DNA of 64,000 nucleotides from an uncultured delta proteobacterium (GCA_963772835.1 CAVYYZ010000005.1:128001-192000); one strand, 5' to 3'. Shown: positions 50,793 through 60,262, counted from the first letter of the stretch. Notes: generated by a model not told the origin, from the sequence alone. A program made the numbers and translations.

Positions 50793-52031
50793 ATGGCTCG
50801 ATTACTCGTTGTATTAACTGCTTTTGGTCTGTTGTTCATGTGTGAACCGGCTGCGTTTGCCGCCTCCGTAACAATCACTCCCACCGCAGCCGGTACCTAT
50901 ACCATCCATGGAGACTCCATGGATGGGGTCGCAGGTATAGATTTGTCGATCATCTACGACAATACATCTCTTTCTTCGCCGACAGTCAGCCAGGGGAGTC
51001 TCGTCGCAGGGGCAATGCTGGCGGCCGGTACCAGTAATCCCGGTACCATCAAAATTGTCATTATCAGCACCAAGGCATTTTCGGGCAGCGGAGAGATTGC
51101 AACCGTAACTTTTGCCACTCAGAGCGGGACAAAGGGGATCACGTCTGCTTCCGTCAGCATGATCAACAGCAAGGGGGCGCCGATTTCTGCTCAGACAGTG
51201 ATTTCAGGGGGGAGCGCACCACCTGCCGCCACGCCGGGCTTTACGACAACAGCCGGTGTACCGTTCAGCCCGTCGCCTGCTTCTACCGCGGGAGTATCGC
51301 CTGTTGCCGCTCCGTCTGTTTCATCAATTCCGACCCAACCCGGCACAGTGAACCTGCCGTCGGATTTCCAGGCCGCGAGTGACGCAAAAACGGCTGCGAT
51401 TGCCGGCGCACCGGTTTCGACGACCGGACCTGCAGCAGCAAATCCCGTCGAGGTACCTGCTGAGGTAAAACAACCTGCAGAATCACACAAACCGGAAGCG
51501 GTTACATCGACCTCCTACAGAGGAGTCCTTGAAAACTTCCGCGAATACAAGGGTGAAAGATCGCCGGCCGCTATTGTCGCGCTCTTTACCAAAGAAATCA
51601 CATCAACTATCCGCCAGGAACCGGCCGTTGCCCTGAGTGACGGCAAGACTCCACTGAACATACTGATAAAACTTGAGTCCGCCGGAGACAAGTCGCCAAA
51701 TATTTCCCTGAATGGCGCCAAACTGGTTTCACTCAGCAGGGATGCTTCTTTTAACTGGGTTATTGTCGCCCTGCCGCAAGCAGGCACCGTTCAGGCCAGC
51801 CTGACGGTCCTGACGGACAGCGAATTAATTGAGTATCCTCTTACCCTCGCACCGCCCGCCGAGGGTGTTTCAGCGATTGAGGCCGATTTTGCCGGTTTTC
51901 TGTCCGATAGCGGAGCATTACCTCCGAAACGAGACCTGAACGGCGATGGCAGACATGACTATCTTGATGACTTTATCTATACCGCACATTACCTGAAAAA
52001 GAAGAGTGCTGCCGGAAAGAATGATAAATAG
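50793..52031 (+). CDS. Exported cohesin-domain protein with P/A/T-rich linker and C-terminal EF-hand/dockerin-half loop
   Basis: Signal (AFA); VAGIDLSIIYD...GTIKIVII...SGSGEIATVTF cohesin pattern; DLNGDGRHDYLD. Confidence 0.78.
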   Translation: MARLLVVLTAFGLLFMCEPAAFAASVTITPTAAGTYTIHGDSMDGVAGIDLSIIYDNTSLSSPTVSQGSLVAGAMLAAGTSNPGTIKIVIISTKAFSGSGEIATVTFATQSGTKGITSASVSMINSKGAPISAQTVISGGSAPPAATPGFTTTAGVPFSPSPASTAGVSPVAAPSVSSIPTQPGTVNLPSDFQAASDAKTAAIAGAPVSTTGPAAANPVEVPAEVKQPAESHKPEAVTSTSYRGVLENFREYKGERSPAAIVALFTKEITSTIRQEPAVALSDGKTPLNILIKLESAGDKSPNISLNGAKLVSLSRDASFNWVIVALPQAGTVQASLTVLTDSELIEYPLTLAPPAEGVSAIEADFAGFLSDSGALPPKRDLNGDGRHDYLDDFIYTAHYLKKKSAAGKNDK

Positions 52032-52048
52032 CGACTGGCCCGCATAAT

Positions 52049-52098
52049 AATGCTGCATTGAGACCGCCTGATGTTTCTGGCGCTATCAATGCAGCATT
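52049..52098. terminator. Long hairpin closing the cluster
   Basis: 13-bp arms AATGCTGCATTGA / TCAATGCAGCATT with inner CGCC/GGCG, between convergent genes. Confidence 0.6.
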
Positions 52099-52171
52099 TA
52101 GTGTCATAATACGGAAAATGAAAACTACAAATCCCATCTTTTATTGTTCACCGTCCCCGTCAAACTCACAC

Positions 52172-52366
52172 TCAATGGCCCAGCAGGCTCTGTAACAAAC
52201 GCTCGTATTCGTCGAGTTTTCTCTCAAGCAACTGGATCTCATCTATGGTGTAGACCGCCTCCCCGCGCGAAATCTCCTCTTGCAGGTCGCCAATGATTTC
52301 CTGAATGCTCGGTTGTCGACCGGGCGATTCCTCCCTGCCAAGCAAGCGCATGTTCTTCCCTGCCAT
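52172..52366 (-). CDS. Small helical hypothetical protein (64 aa)
   Basis: AAGGGAG RBS; amphipathic helical sequence. Confidence 0.6.
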   Translation of the reverse strand: MAGKNMRLLGREESPGRQPSIQEIIGDLQEEISRGEAVYTIDEIQLLERKLDEYERLLQSLLGH

Positions 52367-52465
52367 GACGTCTCCCTTATCAGTGCAAATCAGCTTTGGT
52401 CTTTGACTCTGCAGCGGTGACCCATAATTGCTCAGCCTGCATTTTGACGACCCGGACAGGTTTCT

Positions 52466-53038
52466 TCAGATCAACTTCAGCACCGTATCAATCTCCAGAA
52501 ACGAGTTGGGGTATTTTGCCTCCAATGCATCACGGAGCGATGCGCCGGTTATACCGTCTTTGATGGTAGTATCTCTGGTCGTTGCAGCATCGACATAGTC
52601 ACATATTGCGATCAGAGAGGCAATATCAAGGATCTTCTTCACCGTGTCGAGAGACAGGTCTTCGGGGAAATCTTTGAGGGTCAGGCCATACCCGGAATTA
52701 CCGAGCGCATGATGGAAGCCGGCAACGAGTCCGGTGAACAGGTATTTGCCCTTCAGAACTTCAAAACCAAGCCTCACGTGATTCTTTATATCAGCATATT
52801 CCTCGTCAGAGATTTCGTGACCATCAAAAAGATGATCGGGAAGAGCAATTTTACCGACGTCATGCAATATTCCGGCGAAGTAGGCTGCGCGGGCGTCAAG
52901 CTTAAGTTTTACTGCAGCTTTAGCCGCTAGAATTGCAACCCTGATGGAGTGTTCCTTTACCCCGTCGCGGCGCACCGTAGCAATTGCCAGGTAAAAATCA
53001 ATAACATCCTGTAGCGAGTGACGACTCTCTTCTTTCAT
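52466..53038 (-). CDS. HD-domain phosphohydrolase (HD-GYP-like, GYP motif degenerate)
   Basis: EHSIRVA, LHDVGK, FHH...SGYG, ICDYVDA. Confidence 0.85.
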   Translation of the reverse strand: MKEESRHSLQDVIDFYLAIATVRRDGVKEHSIRVAILAAKAAVKLKLDARAAYFAGILHDVGKIALPDHLFDGHEISDEEYADIKNHVRLGFEVLKGKYLFTGLVAGFHHALGNSGYGLTLKDFPEDLSLDTVKKILDIASLIAICDYVDAATTRDTTIKDGITGASLRDALEAKYPNSFLEIDTVLKLI

Positions 53039-53630
53039 CCGTCCTTACCCCCCTCATCTGCATTGTTCAAACCGGCATTCCATTCGGCATCTCAATTACC
53101 TGATACACTTTATAGAAGTGTTTTCAGCCCGAGCATGCGAAAGACCACCTGACCGCCTTGTATCCACGTGCATCTTTCTGATTGTTTGATGCACCTGTTC
53201 AGTCCCTTTGGGGTCATATCTCACCAGAAATAATTCTCCATACTTTTACGCTGTTTGTTATAAAAAATACATTTTTCCTGCGCAGTTTACTACTAATGGT
53301 TTTGCAAAAGAAACCTCGCTTTTACGTTCCGGTGTAACCAGCACCCTGAGTTGTGCTATTATTTCGCTGTTTACGTCTTTATTGGCCATACTCCTTTTTG
53401 TTTAAAGTGAAAAGAACCCGGATAAAAGTCTTTGGATTCCGGATCTGATTAATCGAGGTGTTTCTGTTAAAGCGGAAGTAAAGACATTGTATCCTCCGGC
53501 AGACATAAAAATTGAAGCGCGTAATACAGCCGGACAATTCTTACCTGACATTCTGTCGTTTCTGTGTTATTACCCCATGCACACGGGCAATAAAGCGCCG
53601 GTAGAAGGATCTAAACACAAAGGAGAGGTT

Positions 53631-53897
53631 ATGACTAAAACTGAATTTGTTGCAAAAGTTGCAGAAGAACTGGAAGTGCCTAAAACCGTGGCTGCTGAAA
53701 CGGTCGATGCGTTTTTGAAGGTAACTACGGATTTACTGAAAGCGGGAGACAAAGTTACGTTCCCCGGTTTTGGCTCCTTTGATGTCGCACATCGCGCCGC
53801 TCGTAAAGGCCGCAATCCGCAGACTGGCGCCGAACTTAATATCGCCGCATCCAAAAGCGGCAAATTTTCGGCCGGAAAGAACCTCAAAAACCTGTAA
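53631..53897 (+). CDS. hup: HU family DNA-binding protein
   Basis: MTKTEF, GFGSF, RKGRNPQTG; AGGAG RBS. Confidence 0.93.
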   Translation: MTKTEFVAKVAEELEVPKTVAAETVDAFLKVTTDLLKAGDKVTFPGFGSFDVAHRAARKGRNPQTGAELNIAASKSGKFSAGKNLKNL

Positions 53898-53955
53898 CCA
53901 TTCTAACTGCAATGTCTGGTGTCAAAGCTGACATGGCATTGCTACAGGCAGAATC

Positions 53956-53983
53956 AGGCCGCTCGCATTCCGGAGCGGCCTTT
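53956..53983 (+). terminator. Intrinsic terminator after hup
   Basis: AGGCCGCTC-N8-GAGCGGCCT-TT. Confidence 0.6.
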
Positions 53984-54053
53984 GCCGTTCGGGAATGTGT
54001 CGTTCAGAGGTCGTATCCACCGGAAGAAAGGTAAGTCACCATGATTATTTTCC

Positions 54054-54102
54054 GATGAACCACCCCGCAGCAAGCTACGGGGAATATGACCCGGATAGAT
54101 TT
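54054..54102. mobile_element. Possible orphan IS200/IS605-type terminal hairpin
   Basis: GAACCACCCCGCAGC-AA-GCTACGGGG imperfect palindrome; no transposase nearby. Confidence 0.4.
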
Positions 54103-54148
54103 AAAATTCCTTCCCGAATGCCGTTATGTGCCGATTTCTACTCCGGGG

Positions 54149-54487
54149 TTACTCTATCGTATTCAGAATTATGCTCAGTTTGCTCTGGTTATCAGGATCA
54201 AAGACATAAAGCCCCATATGAATACTGCCGTCCTGATTATACATTGAATATATGCATCTGCAGGTTAATGTCAGTTGGATTGCCGAAAAAATAATTTCAA
54301 CAGTTTCATTTTTTCGCGGGACGGACAAAGTCCCACTCGATGGAGGTATGGAGACCTTAAGCCCCTGGGCACTGATGTCCACAATACATGATTCGACCAC
54401 TTGCTTATCCGGTAAAACAAGCAGGACACTGGTCAGTGATTCCAACAAAAGCTCTGAGCCATATCGGTGAAATATTCGTCTTTCCAT
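54149..54487 (-). CDS. Stand-alone PilZ domain protein
   Basis: ERRIFHR (RxxxR) and DISAQG (DxSxxG) motifs. Confidence 0.82.
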   Translation of the reverse strand: MERRIFHRYGSELLLESLTSVLLVLPDKQVVESCIVDISAQGLKVSIPPSSGTLSVPRKNETVEIIFSAIQLTLTCRCIYSMYNQDGSIHMGLYVFDPDNQSKLSIILNTIE

Positions 54488-54683
54488 GGAATTCATTCTC
54501 CGGTCAGGATTAACAAAAAACAGTACATTTGGTGGTAATTTTAGCAACAGTACCTCAAGCATCGGCTGTTGACAATTATATTTAAATTTTCAGACGCCAC
54601 CCCTGTAAACTGATTCTGATTAATTTAAGGGGAACTTTCGGATTTTTGGAAGGCCAAAAGGACAACAGATATCAGTCCAGCAG

Positions 54684-54730
54684 AATAACAAAGAAAAGGG
54701 TTACCTATTTAAAGGTAACCCTTTGTTATT
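54684..54730 (-). terminator. Intrinsic terminator downstream of the tRNA
   Basis: AAAGGGTTACCT / AGGTAACCCTTT stem followed by a T-tract on the minus strand. Confidence 0.75.
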
Positions 54731-54732
54731 AC

Positions 54733-54808
54733 TGGAGCCATTTGTCGGAATCGAACCGACGACCTCATCATTACGAGTGATGTGCTCTACCAACTGAGCT
54801 AAAATGGC
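54733..54808 (-). tRNA. tRNA-Thr (anticodon CGT)
   Basis: 76-nt cloverleaf GCCATTT...TAGCTCAGTTGGTAGAGC...CATCA-CTCGTAA-TGATG...GGTTCGATTCC...AAATGGC-T-CCA. Confidence 0.96.
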
Positions 54809-54984
54809 ACTGGCACATATCCGGCACTACTGAGCCTTTCAGTGGAGTGAAAATACCTCAGAAGGGTGCGTGCTGTCAATGCTCTATGCCGCTCCGTGGG
54901 TAAATTTCTGCTTTACCCCCGCTCCGATTGAGTCTAGTATCACCATCAAGCTTCACATACATATTACATATCGCTTGGCACCCC

Positions 54985-55812
54985 ATGAATTTTCCTACAT
55001 TGCTTATACTCATATTAATCTGCATCTGGCCGTTACCTGCCCATTCCGCAAAATCAACCGGCATCACACGGCTCGGGCATGCAATCCAGATGGGTGCATT
55101 TGCCGATGTAAAAAACGCTGAGCGCTTTACGGCAAAACTTCAGGAAAAAGGGATTGAAGCATTCTATTTCCGCAAGGATAATGGCGTCTACGCCGTCCGC
55201 TTCGGCGACTTCCCCAGCAAAGATAAGGCCCGCGCAGTGGCCAGGCGACTGGTTGCCGACCGGATGATCAGCAGCTATTACATTGCACCTCCTAATGACG
55301 TTGTATTCAGCCGCCCCAAAGGACCTGGATGGCAAAAACCCCAGCCGGACGAAATTCGAAAGCCTAATATGCCCATCCAACCGGTTGTACCGATGGAACC
55401 AACCGGAAAACATTCATCGAAACCGTCAAAGGACAATACGGACATGGGGGCAATCGCCGCCCGCACCGCCGAACGTTTCGTCGGCATTCCCTACCGTTGG
55501 GGCGGTAATAATGTTGTAGATGGAATGGATTGCAGCGGCTTTGTACGGGCGGTCTACAATCTGTGCGGGCTCAGTATCCCTCGAACCTCGCACGAACAGT
55601 TTAAAGCAGGGGATACCGTCTCCAAAGACATCCTACAGGATGGCGATCTTGTTTTTTTCGGATCTTCTGCTGACAAAATAAGTCATGTCGGAATTTATGT
55701 CGGCGGCGGCAAGTTCGTTCATGCACCGCGGCAGGGAGAAGACATCCGTATCACAGCGCTTAATGACAGTTATTTCGAGAAACGTTTTGTGGGTGCAAAA
55801 CGGTATTTTTAG
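54985..55812 (+). CDS. SPOR-domain NlpC/P60 peptidoglycan endopeptidase
   Basis: Signal peptide; IQMGAF...YAVRFG SPOR; PYRWGG, DCSG, SHVGIY, FVHA. Confidence 0.9.
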   Translation: MNFPTLLILILICIWPLPAHSAKSTGITRLGHAIQMGAFADVKNAERFTAKLQEKGIEAFYFRKDNGVYAVRFGDFPSKDKARAVARRLVADRMISSYYIAPPNDVVFSRPKGPGWQKPQPDEIRKPNMPIQPVVPMEPTGKHSSKPSKDNTDMGAIAARTAERFVGIPYRWGGNNVVDGMDCSGFVRAVYNLCGLSIPRTSHEQFKAGDTVSKDILQDGDLVFFGSSADKISHVGIYVGGGKFVHAPRQGEDIRITALNDSYFEKRFVGAKRYF

Positions 55813-55832
55813 TACGTTACGGAGAATAATGT

Positions 55833-57074
55833 ATGGCTATCATCAAACCATTCCGGGCTCTGCGCCCACCGAGAAATCTGGTTGAAAAGGTATCCGCCCT
55901 TCCCTACGATGTCATGAATGTTGAAGAAGCGTGTGCCATGGCGGCCGGAAATCCCAATAGTTTTCTGCACATCTCACGACCCGAAATTGATCTGTCTCCG
56001 GAGATCGACCCGCATGATGAGTCCGTCTATCTGCAGGGAAGAGTTAATCTGGCCGGGTTCATCCGCAACGGGGTACTGACACAGGACCGGCACGACTGTT
56101 TCTACGTCTACCGCCAGCAGATGGGTGCCATCAGTCAGACCGGTCTCGTGGTCTGTGCCAGTGTCGACGACTACCAGTCCGGTGTTATCAAGAAGCACGA
56201 GCATACCCGGGCCGACAAGGAAGAAGACCGGGTCAGGCATATCGACTGCCTTGATGCCAATGATGAGCCGGTATTCTACCTCTCCCGTTCCTGCGCAGAA
56301 GTGGAGGAAATCATCGAGGGGGTTACCAATGGTCCGGCGGAATATGATTTTACTTCAGATGACGGAGTTGGCCACACAGCCTGGATCATTGCCGACCGGA
56401 CGCTGATTGACCGCTTGATCGTACTTTTTGCCGCTATCCCGAGGTTGTATGTCGCCGACGGCCACCATCGCAGTGCTGCTGCAGGACGGGTGCGTGAGCT
56501 CCGCCGTGACACTAACCCCGGACATACCGGCAGCGAAGAATACAATTCATTCCTGACGGTCATATTTCCTGAGAATCAGCTCAATATCATGCCCTACAAC
56601 CGGGCGGTCAAAGATCTTCACGGATGCAGTGTTGCCGACTTCATTACCCTGGTTGAAAGCAGTTTTGAACTTCTCCCCTCCCCTGTCCCGGTCATTCCTG
56701 TAGAACGCCACCACTTCGGCATGTACCTTGATGGCCGCTGGTATCAGCTTCACGCCCGACCGGCGATCGTCAACGAGAATGACACCGTCGGCAGGCTGGA
56801 TGTTTCGATTCTGCAAAACTCGCTCCTGTCCCCCCTGCTCGGAATTCACAATCCGCGTACAGACCAGAGAATCCATTTCGTCGGCGGGATACGCGGTAAC
56901 GATGAGCTGGTCAGGTTGGTCGATTCAGGTGAATATGCCGTTGCGTTCGCCCTCTATCCGACTTCGATCCGCGAGCTGGTCGAACTGGCCGATCAGGATC
57001 AGATCATGCCTCCAAAATCGACCTGGTTCGAACCCAAACTGCGCAGCGGACTTTTTGTGCATCTGCTCTCCTGA
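55833..57074 (+). CDS. DUF1015 family protein
   Basis: MAIIKPFRA, PYDV, KKHEHT, YVADGHHR, MPPKSTWFEPKLRSGL. Confidence 0.92.
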   Translation: MAIIKPFRALRPPRNLVEKVSALPYDVMNVEEACAMAAGNPNSFLHISRPEIDLSPEIDPHDESVYLQGRVNLAGFIRNGVLTQDRHDCFYVYRQQMGAISQTGLVVCASVDDYQSGVIKKHEHTRADKEEDRVRHIDCLDANDEPVFYLSRSCAEVEEIIEGVTNGPAEYDFTSDDGVGHTAWIIADRTLIDRLIVLFAAIPRLYVADGHHRSAAAGRVRELRRDTNPGHTGSEEYNSFLTVIFPENQLNIMPYNRAVKDLHGCSVADFITLVESSFELLPSPVPVIPVERHHFGMYLDGRWYQLHARPAIVNENDTVGRLDVSILQNSLLSPLLGIHNPRTDQRIHFVGGIRGNDELVRLVDSGEYAVAFALYPTSIRELVELADQDQIMPPKSTWFEPKLRSGLFVHLLS

Positions 57075-57094
57075 CGAACAGATATAGTCTGTAC

Positions 57095-57132
57095 AAAAAA
57101 ACTCCCTGCTTTCAGAGCCCGGGAGTTTTTTT
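57095..57132. terminator. Bidirectional intrinsic terminator
   Basis: A7-CTCCC...GGGAG-T7 between convergent genes. Confidence 0.8.
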
Positions 57133-57157
57133 AATTCAACAGTCACTACGATTTCGG

Positions 57158-58444
57158 CTATCTCTTCATCGCATCATCCATCAGTTTATAGGCACAGAAT
57201 TCCCCACACATCGTACAGGCGCCGTGATCTGACACCGGCGAGTTAGCGCGATATTCGCGGGCTTTGTCCGGATCCATCGCCAGGGCAAACTGCCCTTCCC
57301 AGTCGAGCTTTTTACGGCATTTAGCCATGGCAATATCCTTCGCCATAGCACCCTTGACACCCTTTGCAATATCAGCTGCATGGGCGGCGATACGGGTTGC
57401 GATGACACCATCACGCACATCCTGCACATTCGGCAGGCAGAGGTGTTCTGAGGGGGTCACGTAACAGAGAAAGTCGGCCCCGGCTGCCGCTGCAATGGCA
57501 CCACCGATGGCACAGGTGATGTGATCGTAGCCAGGTGCGATATCAGTTACGAGCGGCCCGAGGACGTAGAACGGGGCACCGTGACAGAGACGTTTCTGCA
57601 GTTGGATATTGGTCTGGATCTGATTAAGCGGCACATGCCCCGGGCCTTCGATCATGACCTGTACACCGGCATCCTGAGCGCGCTGGGTCAATTCACCCAG
57701 CAGGATCAGCTCATGAATCTGGGCCCGGTCAGTCGCATCGGCCAGGCAGCCGGGGCGGAAACCGTCACCCAGTGATAGAGTCATGTCATATGCTTTTGTG
57801 ATCTCCAGCAGTTTGTCGAAATGTTCAAAAAGCGGATTTTCCTTGTTGTTGTAACTCATCCATTCAATGGTGAAGGCACCGCCGCGCGAAACGACATCCA
57901 TAATGCGCCCTTCGTTCTTCATACGTTCAACAGTGCTTCGTGTCACCCCGCAATGAACGGTGATAAAATCGACGCCATCCTCGGCGTGCTTGATAATCCC
58001 GGCAAAAATGTCATCGACTGTCATATCGACGATGGCTTTATTCTTTACCCGCACCGCATCCAGGGCGGCCTGATACAGCGGGACACTGCCGATGCAGGCG
58101 TTTGTCTCGGCAATGATCGCCTTCCTGATTTCGTCCACCGGACCGCCGGTAGAAAGATCCATGATGGCATCTGCGCCGTATTTGACCGCCGTACGTGCTT
58201 TTTCCAGCTCGTTTTCCACATTCATGTCGTCGGATGAAGAGCCGATGTTGGCATTGACTTTGGTGCGCAGTCCGGCACCGACCGCAAGCGGAGTGCCGTT
58301 GGCATGCTTGTTGTTATGGCAGATAACGATGGTACCGGCAGCAACACCCTCACGGATAAATTCAGGAGCCACCCCTTCTGCAGCGGCGGCAATCTGCATT
58401 TTTTCAGTGATGAGGCCCCGACGGGCATATTCAAGTTGTGTCAT
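57158..58444 (-). CDS. thiC: Phosphomethylpyrimidine synthase ThiC
   Basis: KVNANIG, MDLSTGG, SRGG, EGPGH, CTMCGEFC; in a TPP-riboswitch unit. Confidence 0.93.
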   Translation of the reverse strand: MTQLEYARRGLITEKMQIAAAAEGVAPEFIREGVAAGTIVICHNNKHANGTPLAVGAGLRTKVNANIGSSSDDMNVENELEKARTAVKYGADAIMDLSTGGPVDEIRKAIIAETNACIGSVPLYQAALDAVRVKNKAIVDMTVDDIFAGIIKHAEDGVDFITVHCGVTRSTVERMKNEGRIMDVVSRGGAFTIEWMSYNNKENPLFEHFDKLLEITKAYDMTLSLGDGFRPGCLADATDRAQIHELILLGELTQRAQDAGVQVMIEGPGHVPLNQIQTNIQLQKRLCHGAPFYVLGPLVTDIAPGYDHITCAIGGAIAAAAGADFLCYVTPSEHLCLPNVQDVRDGVIATRIAAHAADIAKGVKGAMAKDIAMAKCRKKLDWEGQFALAMDPDKAREYRANSPVSDHGACTMCGEFCAYKLMDDAMKR

Positions 58445-59925
58445 GTGCGTAATCCTTTTACGGTAAGTTCTTGTGCTGCCAGATAGTGATTCACGGGGCT
58501 ATGCCCCTTGCCCAGAGACCGGGCAAGGCGAATAGCGGTACTGATAAATGATTTTGACTGTTCGACCGCTTTCAGAAGCGGTTCCCCCTGGGCAAGCAGG
58601 GCAGCAATTGCAGAGGCATAACTGCAGCCGGTACCATGGGTGTTACTGGTAAAGATCCGCTCAGAAGTGAAATGGTGGCATCTGGTGCCGTCAAACAGTA
58701 TATCTGTGGAGGTGCGGCCGGTAAGATGCCCCCCCTTGATAAGAACGTTAGCGGCACCCAGAGCATGCAGGTCGCGTGCTGCCGACTCCATCCCTGCTTC
58801 GTCTTTTATTGATCTCCCCAGAAGACGCTCCGCCTCGGGGACATTCGGAGTAAGCAGATAGGCAAGCGGCAGCAGCTGATCGCTGAACACCTTAATCGCT
58901 TCACGCTCTAACAACGCAGCCCCCCCTTTAGCAACCATAACCGGGTCAATTACCATCGGTATGATAACGTTCCGTTCACCGAGACGCTCCGCCAGAGCAG
59001 AAATCATGGCCGGAGTGTGCAGCATGCCGGTTTTGATGACATCTATCGGGATATCCGACAGTACGGCATCAAGCTGGTCCAGCATGAAGCTTGGCGGCAG
59101 GCCGTGTATCGAGTGGACTCCGCGGGTATTCTGGGCGGTCAGGGAAGTCAGCACAGTGGCGGCGTAACTGCCAAGGAGGGTAATCGTTTTGATATCAGCC
59201 TGTATGCCGGCACCGCCGCCTGAATCACTCCCGGCAACACTCAGCACCGCTCCGCGCGGAAAAGGTTGGGCCCGATTCGACAGCAGAACCAGTTCCGCAG
59301 CTGCAATATCTGGCCGCGGACTCGAAAGAACAGAAGAAATAACGGCCAACGCGTCTGCACCCGCAGAAATAACCCTGCCGGCATTGCCGGCACATAACCC
59401 ACCGATAGCTACGATCGGGATTTTTATTTTGCCTCGAATCGACTCAAGCACTTCAACACCGGGGAGATGCGCAACAACTTTGCTTCCGGTCGGGTAGATC
59501 GCGCCGAAACCGATATAGTCGGCACCCTCGCGCTCTGCGCGCAGAGCCTCATCCAGATTATGCGTCGACACGCCGATGATTTTACCACTCCCGAGCAGCG
59601 CTCGTGCTACGGCTATATCACCATCATCCTGCCCAAGATGTACACCGTCAGCATCCAGTTCTTTCGCAAGCTGAACGTCATCATTAACAATGAACGTTGC
59701 ACCAAAACGGGCACAGAGCCGTTTTAGTTCACCCCCCTCAACCAGACGCTCGGCAAAAGCCATACCCTTGGCACGATACTGCAGGGCCGAGACCCCGCCT
59801 CTCAGTGCCTGCGAGACTCTCTCAATAAGATTGTCACCCTGATCGGTAATCAGGTAAACGCCGGATATGTCTGGCGGATGTAGCAATTTATTGACGACAA
59901 GTCGAAATGGCCTGGTATCTGTCAT
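58441..59925 (-). CDS. thiDE: Fused thiamine-phosphate synthase / HMP(-P) kinase (ThiE-ThiD)
   Basis: ThiE: VNDD, GVHLGQDD, GVSTH, AIGG. ThiD: AGSDSGGGAGIQAD, TAQNT, THGTGC. Confidence 0.93.
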   Translation of the reverse strand: MTDTRPFRLVVNKLLHPPDISGVYLITDQGDNLIERVSQALRGGVSALQYRAKGMAFAERLVEGGELKRLCARFGATFIVNDDVQLAKELDADGVHLGQDDGDIAVARALLGSGKIIGVSTHNLDEALRAEREGADYIGFGAIYPTGSKVVAHLPGVEVLESIRGKIKIPIVAIGGLCAGNAGRVISAGADALAVISSVLSSPRPDIAAAELVLLSNRAQPFPRGAVLSVAGSDSGGGAGIQADIKTITLLGSYAATVLTSLTAQNTRGVHSIHGLPPSFMLDQLDAVLSDIPIDVIKTGMLHTPAMISALAERLGERNVIIPMVIDPVMVAKGGAALLEREAIKVFSDQLLPLAYLLTPNVPEAERLLGRSIKDEAGMESAARDLHALGAANVLIKGGHLTGRTSTDILFDGTRCHHFTSERIFTSNTHGTGCSYASAIAALLAQGEPLLKAVEQSKSFISTAIRLARSLGKGHSPVNHYLAAQELTVKGLRT

Positions 59926-59979
59926 GCAGCTATTCCTCAGCTCTGTCAGCCATGATACGTACGATTGAAGTTGCACACG

Positions 59980-60014
59980 AAAAAACCGCACTGACTAAAT
60001 AACATCAGGCGGCC
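59980..60014 (-). terminator. Riboswitch expression-platform terminator
   Basis: Minus strand CCGCCTGA-N10-TCAGTGCGG-TTTTTT between aptamer and thiE start. Confidence 0.65.
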
Positions 60015-60036
60015 GGATAGAGTGTAAATCCCGCAA

Positions 60037-60147
60037 GCCGCTTTCCTACGCCGGAATTACCCGGTTCAGGTGCAAAGGGTTCCCGCTGTCCAGACGTACT
60101 CCGGTTCAGACAGGCGGATCTCAGTTCGAACGAACTCCCCCAGGGCC
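60037..60147 (-). ncRNA. TPP riboswitch
   Basis: GGGGAG...CTGAGA...ACCCTT...ACCTGA-ACCGGGTAATTCCGGCGTAGGAA on the minus strand, upstream of thiamine genes. Confidence 0.95.
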
Positions 60148-60262
60148 TTGTTGGGTTGGTACATTACTGCAACGGGACAGTAATGTCAATTGGTACGAAC
60201 AGGTGCTTTCACTTCAAAATCCCATTCAGAAAGGGACACTGCATCCCCGCTCGTAGCTTTCG

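Noticed and set aside
36383..52031. True cellulosome
   Set aside because: No recognisable glycoside hydrolase or CBM and no multi-cohesin scaffoldin; the beta-helix alone does not establish lyase activity
53258..53389. 43-aa minus-strand ORF (MANKDVNSE...)
   Set aside because: AAGGAG lies only 1 nt from the ATG and the product has no recognisable features; not excluded but unsupported
54733..54808. tRNA-anchored genomic island containing the oxidase cluster
   Set aside because: No integrase; the only repeat of the tRNA 3' end noticed is a 9-nt match (TGGAGCCAT at 7476), compatible with chance
57158..58444. BzaF/BzaAB (cobamide lower-ligand) paralog instead of ThiC
   Set aside because: It overlaps thiED and is under a TPP riboswitch, not a cobalamin riboswitch
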